Positions 1 through 7,700 of a DNA stretch of 9,432 nucleotides are shown here, piece by piece. This stretch comes from a virus (Duplodnaviria > Heunggongvirae > Uroviricota > Caudoviricetes). The notes beneath the pieces are model-generated. The model worked only from the letters and a program-made list of their open reading frames with translations, was not told where the DNA came from and made no database searches. Numbering within the stretch: position 1 is the first letter of the stretch; each line of letters starts with the position of its first letter. The stretch covers positions 1-9,432 of IMG/VR virus record IMGVR_UViG_2585427739_000008. One strand, 5' to 3'. Position numbers and translations under genes: made by a program.

Positions 1-285
1 GTATTCGGTGAACGCACTATGGCGACGCTGGGGCGTCTTATGAGCCTGCTGTCACCCTTTGACGTGGTGATATGGATGACGGATGGCTGGCCGCTGTATG
101 AATCCCGCCTGAAGGGAAAGCTGCACGTAATCAGCAAGCGATATACGCAGCGAATTGAGCGGCATAACCTGAATCTGAGGCAGCACCTGGCACGGCTGGG
201 ACGGAAGTCGCTGTCGTTTTCAAAATCGGTGGAGCTGCATGACAAAGTCATCGGGCATTATCTGAACATAAAACACTATCAATAA
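1..285 (+). CDS. insB: IS1 transposase InsB, C-terminal part (5' end lies outside the window)
   Basis: The frame is open from base 1 ([94 protein letters not shown]), which is the known InsB C-terminus. Stop codon at 283-285. Confidence 0.85.
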   Translation, partial: VFGERTMATLGRLMSLLSPFDVVIWMTDGWPLYESRLKGKLHVISKRYTQRIERHNLNLRQHLARLGRKSLSFSKSVELHDKVIGHYLNIKHYQ

Positions 286-300
286 GTTGGAGTCATTACC
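1..300 (+). mobile_element. IS1 insertion sequence, right-hand ~300 bp including the terminal inverted repeat (window starts inside the element)
   Basis: Bases 1-300 match the 3' third of IS1 as I recall it, ending in the characteristic terminus ...cactatcaataagttggagtcattacc at 274-300. Unrelated flanking sequence begins at 301. Confidence 0.9.
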
Positions 301-371
301 CTCTTTCATGCTGAGTGATTTGACGTTATATTTTTAGCCGTAAGTGAAGAGCAAACGCATGGAGCGACAAA

Positions 372-578
372 ATGCATAAAGATCAATACACTGATGCCCC
401 CTCCCAGGAGCAGGTTCGTGTAAAAACTATGCTTAATAGCACCATTTCGATGGGTTACCCGGATGTTGTAATTGCATGTATAGAACATCAAGTGTCTCTG
501 GAAGCATTCAGGGCAATTGAGGCCGCGTTAGTAAAGCACGATAAGAATACGAAGGATTATTCCCTAGTGGTTGACTGA
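372..578 (+). CDS. hypothetical small protein (68 aa), function unknown
   Basis: ORF with a GGAG Shine-Dalgarno 8 nt upstream of the ATG at 372. Lies between the IS1 end and the cos region. I do not recognise a family. Confidence 0.4.
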   Translation: MHKDQYTDAPSQEQVRVKTMLNSTISMGYPDVVIACIEHQVSLEAFRAIEAALVKHDKNTKDYSLVVD

Positions 579-941
579 TCACCATAACTGCTAACCATTC
601 TGACCATTTCACAAGTGACAGAGTCAATATCGTATTCTGTCACTGTCAGGCTAATACAGCAATGCAATTCAACTACAGCAATGCCTCGTATTTAGGTGAA
701 TTTACAATATCGTCCAGTTCGGATGCCGGCTGCATTTCTGAAGATAAGGCATTTCGGTTCTCGTATTTTCCCCTCATGCTCGTCAGTCCTGCGCGTAGTA
801 AGAAACAGGACACTCACACTAATTTGTGTGGGCATGCTGTGATGTCCTTCTGAATTATCCCCATGCCATTATGTAAAGCTCTGTTTCAGATGCTCGTCAC
901 GGTTGTCAGGCTGTCGGGTCCTCCCAGTGGGGGTCCCTGCC

Positions 942-961
942 ACGGGGCGGGAGCGTCGCGG
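942..961 (+). promoter_or_regulatory. cosN-like cohesive-end site of a lambdoid phage (core 12-mer about 945-956), with AT-rich cosB-like spacer 962-1140
   Basis: acggggcgggagcgtcgcgg resembles the lambda cos junction ACGGGGCGGCGACCTCGCGG (flanks identical, centre diverged). It sits about 185 bp upstream of the Nu1-like ATG at 1141, the same spacing as lambda cosN to Nu1. The intervening DNA is AT-rich with A/T tracts, as expected for IHF/terminase binding. Confidence 0.45.
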
Positions 962-1140
962 AAAAAGGCTAGTTTTTGCATTTCCATGGCGGCGGCAGCA
1001 TGTTTGGTAATTTATTGATAATTAAAAGTTATTTCTCTTTTCAGCTGTACAATATTTTTTTCTCCCTGTCATTAGACTAGTTTGCAATTAATTGAAATAT
1101 ATAAATAAACCTGATTTTCACCTGCCAGATGGAGTTGCTT

Positions 1141-1305
1141 ATGTCAAATGTGAGCGGGATCGGTGATGCTTATTACTGGAGTGTTTTTAAAATCGCCGAG
1201 GCCTTTGGGCTTCACCGGGACACAGTAAAAAAACGGCTCCTCGCGGCCAACACTCCTGTGGCTGCGACTGTCAGGGGGAACCCCGTTACCGGTTTGTCGC
1301 CTTAA
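1141..1305 (+). pseudogene. terminase small subunit (Nu1-like) N-terminal fragment
   Basis: A 54-codon ORF, MSNVSGIGDAYYWSVFKIAEAFGLHRDTVKKRLLAANTPV..., with a helix-turn-helix-like segment (IAEAFGLHRDTVKK) comparable to the lambda Nu1 N-terminus (LADIFGASIRTIQN). It stops prematurely at 1303-1305 and sits directly downstream of the cos-like site. Confidence 0.5.
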
Positions 1306-1600
1306 CCGATTACGACCGTTTTCCGGAGAATATCGACAGCGAGGGTGATGGTTTCTCCCAGGCCTCAAAACGTACCACCACATTTATGTCCGCCGGGATG
1401 ACTCTGGTGGAGAGCTCGCCGGGACGTGACATCTGCGACAGCAAATGGCGACGTAAGTCGCCTCATGAAGCGCCACCGACGACTGGTATTCTTTCCCTTT
1501 ACAATCGTGGTGACCGCCGCCGCTGGTACTGGCCATGTCCGCACTGCGGTGAATATTTTCAGCCAGCCATGGATGCCATGACCGGCTACCGTAATGAACC
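1290..1600 (+). pseudogene. terminase large subunit (lambda gpA family) internal fragment
   Basis: The frame starting at 1191 is open to 1685 and encodes ...VALTDYDRFPENIDSEGDGF...SPHE...WYWPCPHCGEYF, which aligns with lambda gpA residues around YDELAAFDDDIEQEGS...SPHFMRFHVACPHCGEEQ. There is no N-terminal ~200 codons and no C-terminal half, and the reading frame differs from both neighbours. Confidence 0.6.
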
Positions 1601-4065
1601 GGATCCCTTTAAAGCCAGTGATGCGCTGTATGCCGGTATGGAACGGGCAGACGCTGACGTTCGTGCAGGACCGACCATCAGATAAGGTGTGGACCTATAA
1701 CCGCAGTAATGTGGTGATGCCGGATGATGGCGCGCCGTTCCGCTACAGCTTCAGCGCCCTGAAGGACCGCCATAATGCCGTTGAGGTGAACTGGATTGAC
1801 CCGAACAACGGCTGGGAGACGGCGACAGAGCTTGTTGAAGATACGCAGGCCATTGCCCGTTACGGTCGTAATGTCACGAAGATGGATGCCTTTGGCTGTA
1901 CCAGCCGGGGGCAGGCACACCGCGCCGGGCTGTGGCTGATTAAAACGGAACTGCTGGAGACGCAGACCGTGGATTTCAGCGTGGGTGCTGAAGGGCTTCG
2001 CCATGTACCGGGCGATGTCATTGAAATCTGCGATGATGACTATGCCGGTATCAGCACCGGCGGGCGCGTGCTGGCGGTAAACAGCCAGACCCGGACGCTG
2101 ACGCTCGACCGTGAAATCACGCTGCCATCTTCCGGCACCACGCTGATAAGCCTGGTTGACGGGCAGGGGAGTCCGGTCAGCGTGGAGGTTCAGTCCGTCA
2201 CCGACGGCGTGAAGGTAAAAGTGAGCCGTGTTCCTGACGGTGTTGCTGAATACAGCGTATGGGGGCTGAAGCTGCCGACGCTGCGCCAGCGACTGTTCCG
2301 CTGCGTGAGTATCCGTGAGAACGACGACGGCACGTATGCCATCACCGCCGTGCAGCATGTGCCGGAAAAAGAGGCCATCGTGGATAACGGGGCGCACTTT
2401 GACGGCGACCAGAGCGGCACGGTGAATGGTGTCACGCCGCCAGCGGTGCAGCACCTGACTGCCGAAGTCACCGCAGACAGCGGGGAGTATCAGGTACTGG
2501 CCCGCTGGGACACGCCGAAGGTGGTGAAGGGGGTGAGCTTTATGCTTCGCCTGACCGTGGCAGCGGACGACGGCAGTGAGCGGCTGGTCAGCACGGCCCG
2601 GACGACAGAAACCACATACCGCTTCACGCAACTGGCGCTGGGACGGTACACGCTGACAGTCCGGGCGGTAAATGCGTGGGGACAGCAGGGCGATCCGGCG
2701 TCGGTATCGTTCCGGATTGCCGCACCGGTAGCACCGTCGCGGATTGAGCTGACGCCGGGCTATTTTCAGATAACTGCCACGCCGCATCTTGCGGTTTATG
2801 ATCCGACGGTACAGTTTGAGTTCTGGTTCTCGGAAACGCGGATTACCGATATCAGGCAGGTTGAAACCACAGCCCGCTACCTTAGTGCGGGGCTGTACTG
2901 GATAGCCGCCAGTATCAATATCAAACCGGGCCATGATTATTACTTTTATATCCGCAGTGTGAACACCGTTGGCAAATCGGCATTCGTGGAGGCTGTTGGT
3001 CAGCCGAGTGATGACGCATCCGGTTATCTGGATTTTTTCAAAGGCGAGATAGGGAAAACCCATCTGGCTCAGGAGCTGTGGACGCAGATTGATAACGGTC
3101 AGCTTGCGCCTGACCTGGCTGAAATCAGGACATCCATTACGGATGTCAGCAATGAAATCACACAGACCGTCAATAAGAAACTGGAAGACCAGAGTGCAGC
3201 GATCCAGCAGATACAGAAGGTTCAGGTTGATACAAATAATAACCTGAACAGCATGTGGGCCGTGAAACTGCAGCAGATGCAGGACGGACGCCTTTATATT
3301 GCGGGTATCGGTGCCGGTATTGAGAATACGCCAGCAGGAATGCAGAGTCAGGTGCTGCTGGCGGCAGACAGGATTGCGATGATTAATCCTGCGAATGGCA
3401 ACACAAAGCCGATGTTTGTTGGTCAGGGTGATCAGATATTCATGAACGACGTGTTCCTGAAACGCCTGACGGCTCCCACCATTACCAGCGGCGGTAATCC
3501 TCCGGTATTTTCCCTGACACCGGACGGGCGGCTGACGGCGAAAAATGCGGATATCAGTGGCAGTGTGAATGCGAACGCCGGGACGCTCAACAATGTCACG
3601 ATAAATGAAAACTGTCGGGTTCTGGGAAAACTGTCTGCGAACCAGATTGAAGGCGATCTCGTTAAAACAGTGGGCAAAGCTTTCCCCCGGGACTCCCGTG
3701 CACCGGAGCGGTGGCCATCAGGGACCATTACCGTCAGGGTTTATGACGATCAGCCGTTTGACCGGCAGATTGTTATTCCCGCGGTGGCGTTTCGTGGCGC
3801 TAAACATGAGCGGGAGAATAACGATATTTATTCGTCATGCCGCCTGATAGTGAAGAAAAACGGTGCTGAAATTTATAACCGTACCGCGCTGGATAATACG
3901 CTGGTTTATACAGGTGTTATTGATATGCCTGCTGGTCGCGGTCACATGACGCTGGAGTTTTCGGTATCAGCGTGGCTGGTAAATGACTGGTATCCCACAG
4001 CCAGTATCAGTGATTTGCTGGTTGTGGTGATGAAGAAAGCCACTGCAGGCATCACGATTAGCTGA
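1594..4065 (+). CDS. J: tail tip / host specificity protein J, C-terminal ~820 aa (N-terminally truncated, probably a non-expressed remnant)
   Basis: The translation closely matches lambda gpJ from about ...[35 protein letters not shown]... to the end, with FN3-like segments and a diverged C-terminal receptor-binding end. The frame is open from 1582. The first ATG (1594) has no Shine-Dalgarno, and about 300 N-terminal codons of a full J are absent. Confidence 0.85.
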   Translation: MNRIPLKPVMRCMPVWNGQTLTFVQDRPSDKVWTYNRSNVVMPDDGAPFRYSFSALKDRHNAVEVNWIDPNNGWETATELVEDTQAIARYGRNVTKMDAFGCTSRGQAHRAGLWLIKTELLETQTVDFSVGAEGLRHVPGDVIEICDDDYAGISTGGRVLAVNSQTRTLTLDREITLPSSGTTLISLVDGQGSPVSVEVQSVTDGVKVKVSRVPDGVAEYSVWGLKLPTLRQRLFRCVSIRENDDGTYAITAVQHVPEKEAIVDNGAHFDGDQSGTVNGVTPPAVQHLTAEVTADSGEYQVLARWDTPKVVKGVSFMLRLTVAADDGSERLVSTARTTETTYRFTQLALGRYTLTVRAVNAWGQQGDPASVSFRIAAPVAPSRIELTPGYFQITATPHLAVYDPTVQFEFWFSETRITDIRQVETTARYLSAGLYWIAASINIKPGHDYYFYIRSVNTVGKSAFVEAVGQPSDDASGYLDFFKGEIGKTHLAQELWTQIDNGQLAPDLAEIRTSITDVSNEITQTVNKKLEDQSAAIQQIQKVQVDTNNNLNSMWAVKLQQMQDGRLYIAGIGAGIENTPAGMQSQVLLAADRIAMINPANGNTKPMFVGQGDQIFMNDVFLKRLTAPTITSGGNPPVFSLTPDGRLTAKNADISGSVNANAGTLNNVTINENCRVLGKLSANQIEGDLVKTVGKAFPRDSRAPERWPSGTITVRVYDDQPFDRQIVIPAVAFRGAKHERENNDIYSSCRLIVKKNGAEIYNRTALDNTLVYTGVIDMPAGRGHMTLEFSVSAWLVNDWYPTASISDLLVVVMKKATAGITIS

Positions 4066-4084
4066 ATTTTATAACCCATATGCG

Positions 4085-4111
4085 GGCGCCATTTCTGGCG
4101 CCTTTTTTATT
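4085..4111 (+). terminator. rho-independent terminator downstream of J
   Basis: Perfect 7-bp stem ggcgcca / tggcgcc with loop tttc, followed by ttttttatt. Confidence 0.6.
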
Positions 4112-4132
4112 GCAGAAAAGCGAGAGGTAATT

Positions 4133-4732
4133 ATGCGTAAAGTTTGTGCAGCCATTTTGTCCGCAGCCATCTGTCTGGCCGTATCCGGTGCGCCTGCATG
4201 GGCGTCTGAGCAGCAGGCCACACTGAGCGCAGGGTATCTTCATGCCCGTACGAACGCTCCCGGCAGCGATAATCTGAACGGGATTAACGTGAAATACCGT
4301 TATGAGTTTACGGACACGCTGGGGCTGATTACGTCATTCAGTTATGCCAACGCTGAAGATGAGCAAAAAACGCATTACAGCGATACCCGCTGGCATGAGG
4401 ATTCCGTGCGTAACCGCTGGTTCAGCGTGATGGTGGGGCCGTCTGTGCGCGTGAATGAATGGTTCAGCGCGTATGCGATGGCGGGTGTGGCTTACAGCCG
4501 TGTGTCGACTTTCTCCGGGGATTATCTCCGCGTAACTGACAACAAGGGGAAAACGCACGATGTGCTGACCGGAAGTGATGACGGTCGCCACAGCAACATG
4601 TCTCTGGCGTGGGGGGCTGGCGTGCAGTTTAACCCGACCGAATCCGTGGCCATTGATGTCGCTTATGAAGGCTCCGGCAGTGGCGACTGGCGCACTGACG
4701 GTTTCATCGTGGGTGTCGGTTATAAGTTCTGA
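4133..4732 (+). CDS. lom: Lom outer membrane protein (Ail/Lom/OmpX beta-barrel family)
   Basis: 199 aa with a signal peptide (MRKVCAAILSAAICLAVSGAPAWA) and a C-terminus ...VAYEGSGSGDWRTDGFIVGVGYKF identical in pattern to lambda Lom. GAGG Shine-Dalgarno 7 nt upstream. Position between J and stf as in lambda. Confidence 0.9.
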   Translation: MRKVCAAILSAAICLAVSGAPAWASEQQATLSAGYLHARTNAPGSDNLNGINVKYRYEFTDTLGLITSFSYANAEDEQKTHYSDTRWHEDSVRNRWFSVMVGPSVRVNEWFSAYAMAGVAYSRVSTFSGDYLRVTDNKGKTHDVLTGSDDGRHSNMSLAWGAGVQFNPTESVAIDVAYEGSGSGDWRTDGFIVGVGYKF

Positions 4733-4758
4733 TTAGCCAGGTAACACAGTGTTATGAC

Positions 4759-4786
4759 AGCCCGCCGGTTCTGGCGGGCTTTTTTG
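4759..4786 (+). terminator. rho-independent terminator downstream of lom
   Basis: 8-bp stem agcccgcc / ggcgggct with loop ggttct, followed by tttttt. Confidence 0.6.
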
Positions 4787-4796
4787 TGGGGTGAAT

Positions 4797-7700
4797 ATGG
4801 CAGTAAAGATTTCAGGTGTACTGAAAGACGGTGCAGGTAAACCGGTACAGAACTGTACAATCCAGCTGAAAGCAAAACGTAACAGCACCACGGTGGTGGC
4901 GAACACGGTGGCCTCAGAAAATCCGGATGAAGCCGGGCGTTACAGCATGGACGTTGAGTACGGTCAGTACAGCGTTATTCTGTTGGTGGAAGGCTTCCCG
5001 CCATCGCATGCCGGGACCATCACCGTGTATGAAGACTCACAACCGGGTACGCTGAATGATTTTCTCGGTGCCATGACGGAGGATGATGTCCGTCCGGAGG
5101 CACTGCGCCGCTTTGAACTGATGGTGGAAGAGGTGGCGCGTAACGCGTCCGCAGTGGCACAGAACACGGCAGCCGCGAAGAAGTCAGCCAGCGATGCCCG
5201 CACATCAGCCCGTGAGGCGGCAACCCATGCGACTGATGCTGCGGACTCCGCACGCGCAGCCAGCACGTCAGCCGGACAGGCCGCGTCGTCGGCTCAGTCA
5301 GCGTCTTCCAGCGCAGGAACGGCATCAACAAAGGCTACTGAAGCATCAAAAAGTGCTGACGCTGCAGAGTCTTCAAAAAGCGCGGCAGCCACCAGTGCCG
5401 GTGCAGCGAAAACGTCAGAAACGAATGCCGCAGCATCACAAAAATCTGCGGCCACTTCTGCATCCACCGCGACCACGAAAGCGTCAGAAGCTGCCACCTC
5501 AGCCCGGGATGCGTCGGCTTCAAAAGTGGCGGCAAAATCATCAGAAACGAGCGCAGCCTCGAGCGCCGGCAGTGCAGCTTCCTCGGCAACGGCGGCAGGA
5601 AATTCCGCGAAGGCCGCAAAAACGTCTGAGACGAATGCGGATAACAGCGCACAGGCGGCAGCAGACTCACAAACTGCATCGGCAAATTCCGCGACAGCAG
5701 CCAAAAAATCAGAAACCAACGCGAAAAATAGTGAGTCAGCAGCAAAGGTCAGCGAAACCAACGCTAAAGCGTCAGAGAACAAGGCGAAAGAATATCTCGA
5801 CAAGGTCGGGGGACTCGTCAGCCCGATGACGCAATACGATTGGCCCGTTGTTACTGGTAATGAGTCTTTTTACATAAAGATCGCGAAACTTTCCGATCCC
5901 GGAAGCAACAATTGCCATGTAACGCTAATGGTTACTAACGGCGGTGACTACGGTTCCCCTTACGGAAACATTGACTTTATCGAGATCTCGGCGCGCGGTC
6001 TGCCTTCTTCGCTTACTGCTGATAATGTATCTCGTTACCTGAGTATACGCCGTTTAGGGCCAACCGGGCTAATCAATAGCATGCAAATGCGTTACGGCCT
6101 GGTTAAAGATGATGGCTTTATTGAGGTTTGGGCCTTCCAGCGTGCATTTATCAACGGCGCAAAGGTTGCGGTACTGGCGCAGACGGCACGCACGGAATTA
6201 TACATTCCAGACGGATTTGTTAAGCAAACCGCCGCGCCTTCTGGATATGTTGAAAGCCCCGTTGTAAGGATTTACGACCAGTTAAACAAGCCGACTAAAG
6301 CAGATTTGGGTCTTTCTAATGCTATGCTTACAGGCGCTTTCGGTCTTGGCGGTAGCGGGATATCAACAAACGGCAAGATGAGCGATGTAGAGATCTTAAA
6401 AGCTCTGCGTGACAAAGGTGGTCATTTCTGGCGCGGTGATAAGCCGACCGGAAGCACGGCGACCATTTATAGCCACGGTTCTGGTATATTCTCGCGGTGC
6501 GGCGATACGTGGTCAGCGATCAATATCGACTACTCAACCGCGAAGATTAAGATCTATGCCGGCAACGATGCCCGGCTTAACAACGGGACTTTTAGCATCA
6601 ATGAGCTATACGGCTCGGCAAACAAGCCGTCGAAATCGGATGTTGGACTTGGCAACGTAACGAACGATGCGCAGGTAAAAAAAACCGGCGATACAATGAC
6701 CTGTGACTTGACAATCAAAAAAGGTACACCGTCAGCCTTCCTGCGGGCAGACAGTGGAGTCACCGCTTTGCGGTTTTATACTGGCGATAACACAGAGCGC
6801 GGCATAATCTATGCTGGTCCTAACACTGATTCGCTTGGCGAAGTTCGCATCAGGGCAAAGACAGCAGGGGGGACATCAGGAGGGGATCTTGTTGTTCGTC
6901 ACGACGGGAGGGTTGAAGTCCGTGATCTCACAGTAGCGTATAAAATTAAAAGCAGAACGATTGAGATTGCAAATACCGACACTGACTCATCGGCAACTAC
7001 GCTAAGCATCTATGGAGTACAGCACACGCCGTTGGTTTTAACGCGTTCTGGTTCTTCTGAAAATGTGTCCATTGGGTTTAAGTTAGACAACGTGAACCCA
7101 AAGTATCTTGGAATTGATACTAATGGGGATCTGGCTTTTGGTGAGAGTCCTGATCAGAAACAAAACAGCAAATTGATCACGCAAGCGAAACTCGACAAGG
7201 GATTAACGATTGGTGGTCAACTGGCTTTCAAAGGTACGACAGCGTTTTCAGCCGCTGCTACGTTCAGTGCCGGGATAGCAGGAGCCATCGAGCCTGAAAA
7301 CATTGGCGGCCAGAAGGTTGATCTTAACAACCTGACCATCAGGTCAGATGCCGGGGCGGTTAAATACTATAGTTGTCCATCCTCTGGAGGTGGTGCAAAT
7401 ATCACCAACAAGCCTGACGGTGTAACCGGTAACTTTTTGCTCCGTGTAGAGTCGACTCGCAAAGTTTCTGCTTCGGATTATGCGAACATGCAAACGCTGA
7501 TCAGCAACGACACAAAACGTATATACGTTCGCTTTGTTGTTAATGGAAACTGGACAGCGTGGAGTCAGGTTGTTGTTTCCGGATGGAATCAGGATATAAC
7601 TGTCAGGTCGTTAACCACATCTAGTCCGGTAAAATCTGGCGGAGGGCGAATTGATGTCCTTGGAAGCACGTCAGACTATAGCAAAATGGATTGCTTTGTA

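Noticed and set aside
306-491. 61-aa minus-strand ORF overlapping the 372-578 ORF
   Set aside because: No ribosome-binding site and it overlaps a better-supported plus-strand ORF. Likely spurious.
662-853. 63-aa ORF on the plus strand
   Set aside because: No Shine-Dalgarno, odd composition, and it lies in the region I interpret as the non-coding approach to cos. Not supportable as a gene.
1386-1685. 99-aa ORF starting at ATG 1386, considered as an independent gene
   Set aside because: The same frame is open from 1191 and its content is a middle fragment of a gpA-type terminase. The ATG is an internal Met codon, not a genuine start.
2190-2471. 93-aa minus-strand ORF inside J
   Set aside because: Internal to and antisense of the well-supported J frame in GC-rich DNA, with no ribosome-binding site. 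Treated as spurious.
1678-3063. 461-aa ORF on the minus strand, antisense to J
   Set aside because: Lies entirely inside the well-supported J reading frame in GC-rich DNA. Its translation is Arg/Pro/Ala-rich low-complexity, typical of antisense frames in high-GC coding sequence. It ends exactly where the GC content of J drops.
3432-3847. Small ORFs inside J (3432-3728 minus strand, 3605-3847 plus strand, other frame)
   Set aside because: Internal to the J reading frame, with no ribosome-binding sites and no recognisable protein features.
4058-4591. Minus-strand ORFs overlapping lom (4058-4243 and 4334-4591)
   Set aside because: Antisense to the clearly homologous lom gene. His/Arg-rich low-complexity translations.
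4791-4796. GTG at 4791 as the stf start (as in the ORF track)
   Set aside because: The ATG at 4797 reproduces the lambda Stf N-terminus (MAVKISG...) and is better placed relative to the GGGGTGA Shine-Dalgarno. The GTG start would add two residues with no support.
4964-5829. Cluster of overlapping ORFs in other frames (4964-5266 -, 5020-5331 -, 5194-5829 +, 5294-5803 -, 5335-5745 -)
   Set aside because: All fall within the Ala/Ser-rich GC-rich repeat region of stf. Their translations are repetitive (Arg/Pro/Gln or Ala-rich) and they have no ribosome-binding sites. They are artefacts of the repeat composition.
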